Notes under the pieces: model-generated | Told to the model about the DNA's origin: nothing | What the model saw: only the letters and a program-made list of their open reading frames with translations | Databases searched by the model: none | Origin: Mobula hypostoma | Lineage: Eukaryota | NCBI RefSeq assembly: GCF_963921235.1 | Contig: NC_086114.1 | Span: 35,154,001-35,218,000 of the forward strand | DNA: 64,000 nt | Reading direction: 5' to 3' | Translations under genes and position numbers: made by a program | In this document: positions 23,297 to 37,488 of the stretch, piece after piece | How the letters are laid out: each line of letters starts with the position of its first letter | How positions within the stretch are numbered: position 1 is the stretch's first letter

Positions 23297-24843
23297 TAGG
23301 AAGGCTGCTGAAGAGACAAAAGATGCAGTGGTCATGGTCTTTCAGAATCACTTGATTCTGGCATGGTCCCAGAGGAATGAAGCAAATGCCACCATTCTTT
23401 AAGAAGGGAGAAAGGCAAAAGAATGAAAATTATAGGCCAGTTAGCCTAAGTGGTTGGAAAAGTGCTGGGAGTCTATTATTAAGGATAAGGTTTTGAGGTA
23501 CTTGGAGACTAATGATAAAAGAAGTCAAAGTCAGCATGGTATCTGTAAAGGAAAATTTTGCCTGACAACTCTGTTAGAGTTCTTCAAGGAAGTAACAAGT
23601 AGCGTGGACAAAGGAGAGGCAGTGGATGTCATTTACTTGGATTTTCAGAAGTTGTTTGATAAAATGGTGCTAAACATGAGGCTGCTTAACAAGTTAAAAT
23701 CCTGTGGCATTACAGGAAAATTACTGGCATGCATAGTGGAATGGCTGACAGGCAGGAGGCAGCAAGTGAGAATAAAAGGGGCCTTTTCTGGTTTGCTGCT
23801 GGGTGACTAGTGGTGTTCCTCAGGAGTCAGTATTGGGACCACTACTTTTCACATTGTTTGTCAGTGATTTAGATAACGGAATTGATAGCTTTGTGGCAAA
23901 GTCCGCAGATGATACAAAGATATGTGGAGAGGTAGGTGGTGCTGAGGAAGCAATGTGATTGCAGGACTTATGCGAGTTGGAAGAATGGCCAAAAATGTGG
24001 CGAATGGACATTGGGAAATGTACGATAATGCATTTTGATAAAAGGAACAATAGTGTGGACTATTATCTAGACGAGGAGAAGGTTTAAACATCAGAGGTGC
24101 AACAGGACTCAGAGTCCTCGTGCAAGACTCCCTGAAGGTTAATTTACAGGTTGAGTCTGTGGTAAAGAAGGCAAATGCAATATTGGCATTTATTTCAAGA
24201 ATAGAATAAAAAGGAAGGAGATAATGCTGAGGGTTTATAAGACACTATTCAGGCCACACTTGAAGAGTATGGTCGAGGGTTTGGGGCCCCATATCTCAGA
24301 AAGGATGCGTTGCCATCGGAGAGAGTCCAGAGGTTCACGAGGATGATTCCAGGAAATGCAAAGGTTAACATTCGAGGAATAGTTGGCAGCTTTGGGCCTG
24401 TACTCACTGGAATTTAGAAGAATGTGGCGGGGGTGGGGGGTGGAGGAGAAGGGATCTCATTGAAACCTACCAAATGTTGAAAGGACTAAATAGGGTGGAT
24501 GTGGAGAGGATATTTCCTCTGGCGGGGGTATCCAGAACTAGAGGGCACAGCCTCAAAACTGAGGGGTGACCTTTTAGAACAGAAGTAAGGAGGAATTTTT
24601 TTATTAGCCGCAGAGTAGTAAATCTGAGGAATGGTCTGCCACAAACTGCGGTGGAACCAAGTTCATGCATATATTTAAGGCAGAAGTTGATTGTTTCCTG
24701 ATCGGTCAGAGCATCAAAGCATATGATGAGCAGGCAGGGGTATGGGGTTGAGTGGAATCCAGGATCAGCCATGTTGGAATGGTGGAGCAGACTTGATGGG
24801 CTGATTGGCCTAATTCTACTCCTATGTCTGATGGTCTTATTAT
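23297..24843 (+). mobile_element. CR1 LINE, degenerate RT and 3' UTR
   Basis: SQHG..GKFCLTTLLEFF..VDVIYLDFQKLFDK..GRRQQV followed by the CR1 3' UTR; many stops and frameshifts. Confidence 0.88.
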
Positions 24844-27800
24844 GGAAGGAGGGCAACACAAGCTGGAGGGACTTAGCAGGTCAGGCAGCATCCTTGGAAG
24901 GAAATGGATAGTGGATGTTTCAGATCCAGAAGGACTGGAAAGAAAGACATAGCCAGTATAAAATGGTGTGTGTGTTGTGTTGGAGCAAGAGCTGGCAGGT
25001 GAGAGGTGGACCCTGGTGGAGGAGGCATAATAGGCAGGTGAGGGAGGGAGTGGGAATGATGCAACAAGCTCCAAAGCACTGTGTTAAGTGTAAATGATAA
25101 AGGGTTGAAGATGATGGAATCTAACAGAAGATACATAAAGGGAAAGAGACAGGGACCCATAGGATTGGGGAAAAATTCACTTAGGGAAGCACCAGCTAAC
25201 CAGGACAGTTAACATGGATTTATTGAGGGAACATCATGTTTAAATTTACCGATTTTTGAGTAAGTGAGGCCAGAAGGTTGGATATAATCTACAGTATATG
25301 TATTTTAGCAAGCTTCTGACAATGTCCCACATAGCAGGCAGGTCAAACAGATAAAAGGTCTTGGGTCTTACAGATAATGGCCAACTGTACCCAAAACATG
25401 TCCAGTATCAGTGAGCAAAGGCTAATGCTTTGCACATTTTTGTGATTGGAAGTTTGTTACCAGTTTGGTTCCATATCAACTGGATTCAAACGTAGGGGCA
25501 CGATAAAGACATCTGCTGATAATATAATGTCAGAACTGAGCAAAGGCTGAATTCACAGTGCTTTACAGAACTTTTAGCCGGATTTGGGGGAAGGCATGGA
25601 AAGATTTGAAGAAAAGAGATGTGAATTTTTACTTTGATGCTGCTCAAAAAGAAGCCAATTTAGGTCAGCATGCTGGGAGTAGGCACGGTGTAAATTAGGA
25701 CTGGGTAGAAGAATTTTAGTTGAACTCAACTTTAAGGAAAAGCAAGTTAGAGCATTCGAATAGGCCAGTCTGATGATAGCAAACAGAGAACAGAGAAGAA
25801 TTGTCTTGCCTAAAACAAAGTAAATTTAATAATCTGGTAACTAATGTACATGCAAAGCAGTCAGTAGATATCCAACATGATCTGGAGTAACAGCATATTT
25901 CCATATTAACTGGAGATTCCCAACAGCTAGAAAAAAATCCACAACTTCTTGATAGTAAATTGGGGAAAATACTGTCGATGTGGTGGTTAATTTTTATTGG
26001 CTAGTAAAAAGATTGCCAGGGCAATTTGTAAAATGCCCCCAACCATTGCATGACACAAGTCAGATCACTTTTTCCCCCCATTCTGAGTGCATATCTATGA
26101 TCTACACCCTCTCTTTGCCACCAAACTAGTTCAATAACCAAGCCAATTTGCTTTAATGTTAGCTCAGAATTTTCAAAACATTCTGGCAGTGCATATAAAT
26201 TACATCTATTGGGATTTTAAATGTTTAATTTATAGATTATTTCCTCCACTCTACCCCCCTCCAGAAACAAAAAAGTTAAAGTTTGGGTTTGGCTTCATCT
26301 AATTACTTCAAATGTCTGAGCACTCATTCAGGTAATCATAGATTTCAAGAGAAAAACAAACAAAGATGTAGGTCTTGGAAATTTGAAGGAAAACAGATGA
26401 TGTTGGAAGTTTTCAACAGGTCAGGCAGCATCTCTGGAAGAAAACAGCTTTTGATCTGAAACACTAACTTTGTTTTTCTTTCCACAGACGCTCCCTGAAC
26501 TGTTGTGTTTCCAGCACTTTCTGTTTTCTTTATATAGGTTGAAACACTCAGGCACCCTTAGGACCTGACAGCTGCAGACCACAGAAATTTCCCTGATCAT
26601 GTTTTGCATTATATACGGCTGCAGAAAAAGCTGTTTGTAACCTGAAACTTCTTTAGCTGGAAAGGCTTATTGGCTGAGATTGCAAAAGATGTTCTGGTAG
26701 GTCATTAGCTACAGAATAGGACAGTTCTTAGTTAATTTTGGATCTAAATTAGAATTAATTGGTATATATCTACACTACACATTAAAAACATTTCAGACCA
26801 TGGGAGTTCTTAGACCACAGAAGGCTGGACCAAAGTTTAAACCAATACATTTTAATAACTTTCCTGTAACAGATCACTTTTTTAAAATATTTCTTGCTCT
26901 TCCATTGAAACAATTACTTCCTGATTTATAAGCCTAAAAGATACATGCACTCCAACGCTAGTCTTTCAACTGGCCCCAAATTTAGTCATTTCATGATAGC
27001 AAATAATCCTTCTGTTGCCAAAATCATACCCTGGAATTCCTTCCCAAAAATGTTGTTTTGTTTTCAACTCTTCCACTCATTATGCCTCTCACTAATATTT
27101 ATACAGTGCGAAATAGGTCCTTCTCGCCCTTCAAGCCTCGCCGCCCATAAATCCTGATTTAATCCTCGCCTAATCACAGGTTGGCTTACAATGACCGATT
27201 AACCTAACAACCGGTACATCTTTGAACACTAAGGAAACTGGAGCACCCAGAGGAAACCCACACAGTGAGTTTCATACAAACTCCTTACAGGGAGCGGCAG
27301 GAATTGAACCCCAGGTTGCTGGTACTGTAAAGCATTGTGCTAACTAATATCTACCTCCTCAACCCACCTTTTTGTTATTGGTCCAAATTTCTATTTATTT
27401 AACTTCTTTCATTAATTACTTAATGATATATTTAACAGAAATTGGGTCAATTTCCCATAAAGCATATTAATGGAAACTAAATATCAGAATTACATTTCTG
27501 CAAATCTCTCTTAAGATACGAACAACTAACTCCTGCAAGTTTGGATAAGCTGAAGATTGTATTTATCATCAGAATTGGACACAATGAAAAGATTAAATCA
27601 GGCTTAAATAAAGATGAGTTGAGGAGTTAGATATTAGGGAAATTCATAATGAGTATAAGAATTGAAGAAGCGCAAGTTTTAGGGGAGGAATTCCAGAGTT
27701 CAGTGTTTTTTAAAATCTTGGCAGGTATTGACTTCAGCTATATAGACCAAGTTCTGGAAGTCCATCTACAAGATTTTCTCCCAACCTTCCCTTCACCTTT

Positions 27801-28602
27801 TAAGCAGCTTACCTATTCCTGAAATAGTTCTAACCTCTCTTTCGTGACTCAAATTTTGGCCAACAGTGCACCTCAGAGAATTTGGAAAAACGTTAGCATT
27901 TTGTTAGGCAAGTCAAAAGTAAATTGAAGATGTAGGTCAATCACAATTCAAATGACTGATGGCACAGGCCCATTGGTTAATTACTTGTCTCCTCTGGCCC
28001 CTCTGTTCCAAAATACTTTTTGTAATTTCTAACCACATCATTTATCTCTTTGAAGAGAAAATTAATTTTCCCTAATCATCACAAACAGCAAAGCAATCCA
28101 GTTTGCACTAATGTAAATAATGGAGTCTATACTTGGTAAAAGCTTTCAGTATCTTCAGTGTATGAAAATATCAGAACTTGTGCATTGTTAGGCCTTACAA
28201 CCCAGGGGTATCTCAGGTTTGGGATCTTGATTAATTTGTTAGTGAGAATCTGAAATGAAACCATCTCATTAGGTTAGGCAATATTGGAATTTATCTTTTC
28301 ATTTTTTAAACCTTATTTGTATCTTACAAAAACATTTTAACCATTTCATTGTAGATTTGTGGGGTTTTTTTCTAAATGCCCCAAGAGAAAATTTTTCTTA
28401 AATCACCTTAAGATCTGGAATTCTCTCCCTAAATCTGCAATCTGTCCTTCATAACACTTTTTAAATCCTAGTGAATTCTCCAAACATTTGGTTATCATCC
28501 ACTGTTTCTAGTCATGCTCCATTTTTTGTGACATTTTATTCTAGGTATTGCTGCTTTCTCAGTCTTATTAAAAATAAAAACATACATTATAGACCTGAAT
28601 TT

Positions 28603-28888
28603 GGTGGGTACAGAAGTACATTCAGCCAGAGACTCATTCCACCGAGATGCAGCACAGAGCATCACAGGAAGTCATTCCTGCCTGTGGCCATCTAACTTTA
28701 CAACTCCTCCCTTGGAGGGTCAGACTCCCTGAGCTGATAGGCTGGTCCTGGATTTATTTCATAATTTACTGGCATAATTTACATATTACTATTTAACTAT
28801 TTATGGTTCTATTACTATTTATTATTTATGGTGCAACTGTAACGAAAACCAATTTCCCCCGGGATCAATGAAGTATGACTATGACTAT
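28603..28888 (+). mobile_element. Rex1/Babar-type LINE 3' end
   Basis: RSTFSQRLIPPRCSTEHHRKSFLPVAI and a (TATGAC)n tail. Near-identical to the minus-strand copy at 63299-63860. Confidence 0.8.
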
Positions 28889-31800
28889 TAGGATCTTTTC
28901 CTGATATCCCAAAGCAGATTACAGCCAACTGCAGTACGAGAAACTAATACAGACAAAGAAAACTTTCTCAAATTGTTCTGGATAATTTTCTTTAATATTG
29001 ATAATAAACAATTGCCAGAAAATTGAGAGAATCCCTACTTGGTTTTCAAAAACTGCTTAGAATATTTTGTCTACCTGGCAGAGAGCATACAAACAGATTA
29101 CTATTTGCATTAATTCAAGCCAACACTTATGGAGTACTTCGTTATTGAAGTAAATCTCCTTTGAGCATCAAACTAAACTGTTGAATTTTTGACTGTGGTC
29201 AAAAAGGTTTCATCTAATTCCTTAAACCGCATAGCAAATATATGCCCTTAATTTTCTAACCAATACCAGGATACTATGCAGCATTATGCTTCAGTAAGTT
29301 ATAATCCTCTGACACTCAACTCAAAATTTCTATACAGAAACATGACAGAATTACCACCCATTAAAAAAGGATATCAACCACTTTTCCATCCCTCCCTCCT
29401 CACCATTAAGAAGAGTAGTTACTTAAGAGTTTACGGTTTTCCTCCATCCAGCATTGCAACCGGCATACACAGAGAGTGCAATTAAATTTGGAACATCATG
29501 GTCTATGGGGTTTAATGTCCTCTTGTTTGTGGTGCATAGCCAGACTCTCAACCAGGTTGTACAGAAGTTCAAAGAAATACAATAAGACTTGTAGGAAGCC
29601 ATTATACCAAGGCTCAGGAATTATCCCACTTTCGCCATATTTTTCAGGTGTCTCTTTTGATTGTAAATTCCTGCAATTGTTTAATGACACTGGCCAGGAT
29701 AATGGCATCAATCCTTGCCTATAATATGTAATCTCCAGCATTTATTTCAAATTTCCTCAGAAGGATAAAATGTTCTGTGAATTCATGTTGCAAGCCAAAG
29801 ATCTTCTGGCATTCAATTAACTGACATGACGAAATATATATTTCAAATTACACACACTAAACTTTTATCACTCCAAAACATTTTCAAAAATCACATGAAA
29901 CTGGACTATAGTTCAAAATTCAATATAAAAGGATAAAGTTTATTTTTTTTTGGAATTATTATTCCATACAAAGATTTTTCTTTTCCATTGATGGTAAATC
30001 CAAGTTGCATCAATGCACCCATAGCACCACTCAACTACATACAGCTTGCCAACAGGTTGATTTGATAAGAGGATTAGAATAAAGAAGCTGCCACCATCAA
30101 AATGAAAAAATGGCCATCAATTCAGTGCTTGCCTGAAGTTGGTGCCCAAAGCCAGGTAGGTGGTAATAATCTAATGACTTTCTATCAATTTCTTGGAAAA
30201 CCGACCATCCAGGATTGCTCTGGAGTTCCCAAGAAACAAAGATTAAGAGTTATGGGTACTATTGGAGCAACCCAGGAGAAAGAACTAATCAAGGAGGTAC
30301 ATCATGGAAACAGACTTCTTGGCCCATGGTGTCCATCAACCATCCAGTTACACTAATCCTACATTTAACCCCATTTTTATTCTCATTTAACACTTCCCAG
30401 ATTACTGAATCAACAAAAGAATTGTTTTATCTTAAATCTGCTTTGAACAATTTTTGATATGGAAGTAGGGCTTTTTGAACGAGACTGAGGAATCATCCAA
30501 ACCAGGGGATGTGCAAACTATCCGCTTTCCAACCAGACACACCACAGTACACCACATGGTTGAGGTGGTCAGTCATGTGATGATCTCTCCAGGAATATGC
30601 CCGTGAAGTGGAGCAGAACCCAAGTCCGTACCTAGCAGTTTTAAACGAGGCGCATCAATTAAAAAAAACATCAAAGTAACATTTCTGCTTTGAAAGAGCT
30701 GCAGATATTCAGTCTGGGCTCAGACTCTATCCAAATATAAATTGAAATAGAACAAAACAAAATAAATAACACTCATGACATTATGGCAAGGATCAAAGCA
30801 AGCAGGCAGCTGCCCTTACTGTTAGTGACGTAGGTTTTCTACCACCAATCCAAACTTGTCCTATCATCATGGAACTTAGCTGAGCACAAAAGCCAACATT
30901 CACACAGCTTGTGCATTATGCTAATGTTCTTTCAAACTACTCTTTGTGATGAAAGTGAGATTCCTCTGGATATGGCAGTGTTCACTCAGAATATTACCTA
31001 GGAAATCCTCAAGTGTACAAAGCAAGGGATTTATTATTAATTTGAATTTCTATTTTTAATTCTCACACATCAGCTAACAATGAAATCTACAGAACTGTCT
31101 TAAGGTTAATCCAGGACCATCAATGTTGAGTATGGTTTCCCAAAAGATAGTTGAGAGCAGGTGACTTGCTACTGAATTTCAAGTACTACATTTCTTTACA
31201 ATGTAGGAAGACATTCAACCCATCAAGTCCATGCCAGCTCTCCAAGGAATCTGATTACCCCACCAATTTCTCTCGTTTGACCAGTACTTCCCCCCAAACC
31301 CTCATTACCTATTTACTCTGGGATAATTTGTAATAACCAATTAATCTATCAGCATGTGCCAAGTGAAAGGAAACCAGAAGGCCAGGGGAGAAAACATGCA
31401 ATCAAATAGACTTGTTCTTTCAATATATAGAGGGAAGGTAGACAAAAATTTGTAAAGGTACCTTGCTGGGTTGCAGGCCAATGATAGAGAATTGAAAATG
31501 CAGAGTGTGAGCCAAACAGTTAAAGTCTGCGCAATAACATTAGAGGATTGGGGGCACTCGAGTTATCTTCAAATGAGGCAAAAATTGAAATAAAAAGGCA
31601 TGGCATTATAAAACTGCAGTTTGAGGAAGAATATGAAATAGCTGCCATTAGACAAGAATCACACACCAAATAAATCAATGCTTGCAGGATGAGAATAATT
31701 AGAAGTAAAAGCATTGAAGAATTACAGGAATTGTACTGATAGTACTCCTGTACTGCCCTTACTGTGGAGTAAGGACACAATCTGATGAATGTTAATTTGC

Positions 31801-34123
31801 ATTTATCAGATAGGCAAAGCCACAAACTGGTGAAGATGCTTCGTTATAGTGTAGTCTCAGTCACCAGCTTTCAGGAGGTGCAGGAAAACAAGATCTGGCC
31901 CAGCTTTCGGCTACAACTTTCATTACGCCCTGCCCAATCTGTGCCACAGATGGAGGGTTGAGCCAAGGTTGTAGCAGGAAGTGGCAATGAAAGCGGGATC
32001 ATCTCTGACAGTGTGCGGGAGGAAAAGCGTAACAAAAGGGACAACAAGCAGTCAAACTCTGAAAGAAAAGCCACATAATTTTGAGATTATTTCTGTGAAA
32101 GTGATTGTCACAGTCAGGTGAGATCTACTGGAGTTTAAAATATATAAAAAACATTATCAGTGTAACAAGCAGCTAATAATAGGTCTCTATAAAAAGATGA
32201 CACAAGCACCACTTCCAATCCAAGGAATCATTATTTTACGATAAGAAGAATCACAGAACCATGCATTGTAGTTATTGGACCAATGTTCCACTTGTCCCAA
32301 CAAATAATAAGAATAAATCATAATCGACTACAACACCTTTTCTTGCCATTTGAGTTGTTTTCTAGAGTCAAAATACCTGAGCAGCTGAGTTTAATTAATT
32401 TATCCGAGAGTATTAACCAGCTAATTGTGGGAGCCATGCAGTGACACCTTGCCATGAACCCCATTAAAAACAAAATCCCCATCAAATCATGGCAAGATGG
32501 GCCTTAGGGCCTGTTTTCTGTGCTGTACTTCTCCAAGGAACAGTAAACATTAGAAACTGTCAATCTGCAACTGTCAAGCAGAAAGACAATCAAAGATCCA
32601 GAGCATCTTTCAACTAAGGAATCCAATTACTACGTGTAATTCTACACACTATTACCAGAACCCCACAAATCATGAAGAGAATACTACTTTCCTTAAAAAA
32701 AGTAAAGAAACTTTAACATACAATGTGGGGAGAGATGAGTGGGATTAGTTTGTTACAGGAACAATCATAGAAAGAAACCTGATGGGTTGGATGGCCTATA
32801 TTGGGACTGGGGCATTTTATCATCAAAAGCTCCAAAGGAGGGCTTCCAAACACCCCCCCCCCCCAAATTATCTACTAACTGACAGACCTGATGTGCTTTT
32901 AACCAGTTTTTAAATCAATTAACTTCAGCTCTAACATATCCTAGCAGCTTTCATAGGGCAACGCAAGACAGCATTACATCTTCCTACACTGTTCTCCTGC
33001 CCATTGAAAGCAGCTTCAGTGGACCAGGTTTCAGATCACTCTCCACAATATCAAGTTTAATAATAAACACTAAAATCTCATCAACTTAAACAGTTAAATG
33101 TGGAAAAATGTTACATGAAGTGTTTTTTTAAAAAAAAGCCAAGGACATACTACTCTCTCCAGCCTGGTAGTACATAGAACCAACCCAATGCAAGCAAACA
33201 CAGTATCTCATTATTCCCAGTAATTAAATACAAGACAGGCCCATTTATTTTCATTTCAACAATATGGTTTCAAATCTAGTGTTACTTCACAGCTCCTGAT
33301 GATCTGCTAATAACTGCAGATTTTGTCAAGCTTAAACACTCAGATGTTTGCAACTCAGGTCCGAGACACTTGCTGAATTCCATCTTGCCTAAACTTGCAC
33401 TCCCTGCTCACAACAGGGAAGTGCAGTGGGGTAAGTGCCCCAAACGGAACGTGAAGATGAAGTAATGGAAAACCCTCAGAACATCAGAAACGCCCAATGG
33501 AGCAGTGACTTCACTGACAAAAGACATTTCTTTTAAAAACAAAAACGTGGAACATCAGATTTAAAACAAAAACAATGACTTGGGAATTCCAGGGATTGCA
33601 ATTAAAAAAAGTTAAGCTAGGAGCTTATTGTGAGTTCTTGCTGAACTCAATATGACATTCCACAATGTTCTAAAAATAAGATTATACAGCTATGGCTTTG
33701 TACCAAAATTGCTTTTGAACTCAATTAGTAATGAAACAAATATCAGATGCTAGATATATACAGTATTATATAATGGGAAATGCTTCAAGATAGCTTTGTG
33801 TACAAAGTTTTAAAAATAGCTTTTGTTTGTCCATTAAACAAAATGTTACCTTTCCCATTTTCAAAAGATTATATCCCCAACTTTATCCAAATATCCAGCA
33901 GAAAATTGGGACCAACTTATTTTGCTTCAAAAACAACATGATTTAAGGTCATAGACAAAGTATAAACGTTGCAGGGTTAACCACAGGCGAAAATCATTTG
34001 TATTCAACTTTTTTTTGGCAGATTTCAGGAGAGCTTGTGTACCACGGCAAAGGCCTGTGCATTAGGAACCACAAGCCAGGTCTTCAAAGCATTGAGAAGC
34101 GGAGTCTGCAGTACGTGGAGAGT

Positions 34124-34155
34124 TTAGATATCCATCTCAAATTGAGCTTCGTCCC
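34124..34155 (-). CDS. eif4ebp2: eIF4E-binding protein 2, exon 3 (TOS motif FEMDI and stop)
   Basis: Minus strand TCTCTCTTCTTCCAG|GG GAC GAA GCT CAA TTT GAG ATG GAT ATC TAA = (G)DEAQFEMDI*. Phase matches exon 2. Confidence 0.93.
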
Positions 34156-35238
34156 CTGGAAGAAGAGAGAGACAAAGGTCAACATTTTGGTGCGTGAATT
34201 ATTTTAAGTCAAGTCATCAGAAGCATGCGTTGAGTCAAAGGGTAGGAGAATGCATCAGTTTCAAAGATTAAAACAGGCTTCCCAGTTAAGGTCAAAGCAG
34301 TTATAATCCAACAACACTCCTAATCACTCCCAGTGAGGAAGAGCCCCATGATAAGAGACTGGTTTCATGTTCTCAATTAAATTTTGACAGATGCCAGTTT
34401 CATAAAGTAATTAGAAAGAATTTGAATTTCTGTAGCACCTTTCACCTCCTCAGATGACCTACATGTTTTTTATTATAGCCTTATAGTCTCCACTGTTGAC
34501 AAACCATGGTGGATTCAAGTGCTGAAATATAGGTGATTATTTTCCCTCTGGCTGCATATTATTTGCAATGAATGCAGTTGGTTGATAGATATTAATTGGC
34601 TAGGCTACCAATGGGAACTCCCTTGCCCTCAACAAGTAGCACGGGATCTTTTAAATCCGAAGCAGTAAATGCTAAGTTCAGTACTTTATCTGAAGAAGTC
34701 ACCTTCCATGCCACAGCACCAAGTCAATATTATCACAGGGGTATCAGCCTTAGTTTGTACACTCATTTCTGGATGAAATGCCAGTAGGAAACTATTAACT
34801 TAAGCCAAATACTAAATGCAGTATTTGAAAGAAATAGTAAGGTACAAGGATTCAGCATGGATGATCAAGGAGTAAGGCTGAATATTTAATACAGGGGACA
34901 GGGAATTAAGCATATGAGAAGGGGTGAATGGATGGTGATGGCTGTAATGGAGAAAGATGAGAGGCTGTGAGGAAGCAGAGTAATGTCAGAATTTTCCTTA
35001 TTTAAAAATCACGTGGACAGCCGAGTGTATCCATAGAAAGAACGGGTTAAATATAATTCCTATTGCATCTCTAACACACAAGCCAGGAGTACCTCAGATC
35101 CCAAGTTTATGCTGAGTTAACTGGCAGCAGCTGTGGCAGAATGTGAGTAAAGTTTAAGTTACTGAACTGACATGCAGAAGGCCAGATTACTGACCCAAAG
35201 ACACAAGCTCAAATCACAACATTAAATACAAGCAAATG

Positions 35239-36037
35239 CAGTGGATTCTGGTTAATTGGCACACATCAAGACCAGTATATTTTTCACCAAATTAGCTGAA
35301 GTTTCATGAAAATAGTTAAAGAGGTTTATAAAAAAAACATACCATTTAGCTGAGTAACAAATTATGTATTTAAATGAAATACAGCATAAATTAGAACATT
35401 TCCAAAACTACTATAAAATTGTGCATTAGTTCCTAATAGTTATCAATATAGGAATTAATCCAAAGTTTGCTACCGTGTTCTTTTAAGTGACTGTAAATGA
35501 ACAGAATCAGTGTAAATGCCTAGTGCAGATAATGGACTGCCTTCATATAATGCATTCAATGGTTGCATCCTCCAAATCTTCATTTTCATTGTAACATTCA
35601 AGATGATTGTCAAAACATTCAAATTCTTTGTAGTTCCTAACTTGTTGAAGTAATGAAATCTTTTCATTTTCACTCCTGGCCATTCCTCCAAGCCTGAATG
35701 CTTGAAACTACAATGAGTGAAACAGTTCTGAATGAACTTATTGCTTATTACTCGCCAACTATCAGTGACAAAGATCACTGATTTTTGAACACAAACACAG
35801 GCGAGTGACACTATTTAAAAACTGGTTACTGTAAGCATGGTGTACTGTCTAATGGCCAGGCGATGTGCATGCGAGTAACAAACTGGCAACAGAATCCTGT
35901 CCCAATTAACTCGCACAGTGGTACAAATAAACAAAGGGAACCTGGCTATTTTCTCGATTTGTTCTTGTTCTTTAAGAGTTGTTCCAAATAAGCAGCTGTC
36001 CCTATTAAACAATGGACCAATTAACCGGAATCCACTG
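35239..36037 (-). mobile_element. Tigger/pogo-like non-autonomous DNA transposon
   Basis: TIRs CAGTGGATTCTGGTTAATTGG ... CCAATTAACCGGAATCCACTG. Residual transposase C-terminal motif DSWRVISNKFIQNCF. Confidence 0.8.
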
Positions 36038-37377
36038 CATGTATAGATTTATAATTTTGAACATGCAGCTCTGAATGGGCAATAAATGCCGCGTCAGTGA
36101 AATCCATGTCCCCCAAAGAAAACACAATTCCAACTAGAGAATCCAGTGTCGGATGAGGGTCTTCAGAGTATTTTGACTACAGATCATTTAAACAATTGTC
36201 TCACATTACTGCTGCAGTTGCTGGCCAAAAATCAAGCGGGCTCAGTTTTGCTGGGCATAGGCATTGATTGGGAAGTCTCCTTACGGCACAGTTAATGGCT
36301 GTAGGGTCGAAGTACCCAGACTACGCACTGATAACTTCAGAAGTCTTCACTACAGAACCACATCTATTAATACTGCTCTTGAACCCCAGGTAAGTATATT
36401 TAAGTTCCATCTCCTCCTACAAGTCAACTTGTAAAGAAAACTCTTGGTACCGCTGATGGTCTCATTGGAGTTTTCCTGATTCTCAACCCTCCAGGTAACA
36501 ACTTTCCTGCTCCTTCATCTTAAGAGTGAAAAAGGAAAAACAGACTGGCTATGGACAATTCCAGACAGATCAGCACTGTAGATGTGTTAGAGGAATAACC
36601 GCACAGCAGACAAGGCAGCAAGAGTGAACATAGACAGAAAAAGACAGAAGGGAAAGACCACAGGATATGTAGGATGGAGAACTCAGATGTAATGTAGCTG
36701 CCTACAAAGAATGAAAATCATTTGGACTTGTTTTTGAGCATCAGTTGTGAGCAAGCCATGATTTCGGGCACAGTTCTACAAAGCTTGCACGCATTTCTTG
36801 GCAAAAACCCAGCTGTGTGGAAATTGAACCAGGCGTTTCCTGCTGTGATTCAACCTAATGCTGTCATCACTTCCCCACACATTTTGCACACATAATTACA
36901 TTGTCAATACGTGCAGAGTGGTATTTACTTTTCCGCGGAAATTAGATTAAAAGATTATGATTTATGCCATGTGTAATTAGTATATTGTTGAATGAGTATT
37001 TATTTTCTAACCTACTAGGCCTGACTATGATGCTCATCACCCCACTCACCAGCTCATCAATTCCTCAGCCAATTTTACTTCCCCAGCCCCCATTTCTTCC
37101 TCTTGACTTTCAATCATCCTGGTTATTCTTGTCACCACCACTTCATTTCTTTCATCTATTTAACAGCATTAACCATTATCCCAAAGTTCTGCAGACAAAT
37201 GCTGCCAATGTATAATACTTGAGGTTTGCCTTTGAACTCTCCCAAGGAACTCAAATTACTTCAGTACTGCTCAAAGCACAACTGCCCCGATTTTGCACTT
37301 TATTTGCCACTTCTGAATTACAGTTAATATTAGCTTCAGCACACATTTAGGGCATCGAACACACGCACACAATCCAG

Positions 37378-37488
37378 GCAGTAGGGTAGCACAGCAGTTA
37401 GCACAACGCTTTACAGCCCCAGCTCTAAGACCGGGGTTCAATTTCCACTGCTGTCTTTAAGAAGTTTGTATGTTCTGCCCATGACTGC
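37378..37488 (+). mobile_element. tRNA-derived SINE 5' half (remainder at ~40488-40690), split by the CR1 insertion
   Basis: B-box GGTTCAATTTCC followed by GAAGTTTGTATGTTCTGCCCATGACTGC. The SINE resumes after the CR1 tail with TTTCCTCAGGGTGCTCTGGTTTCCTCC. Confidence 0.7.

Noticed and set aside
29496-29741. 81-aa minus ORF with SH2-like words (EPWYNG)
   Set aside because: Lacks the SH2 FLVR core and correct spacing, and has no partner exons; probably UTR or intergenic.
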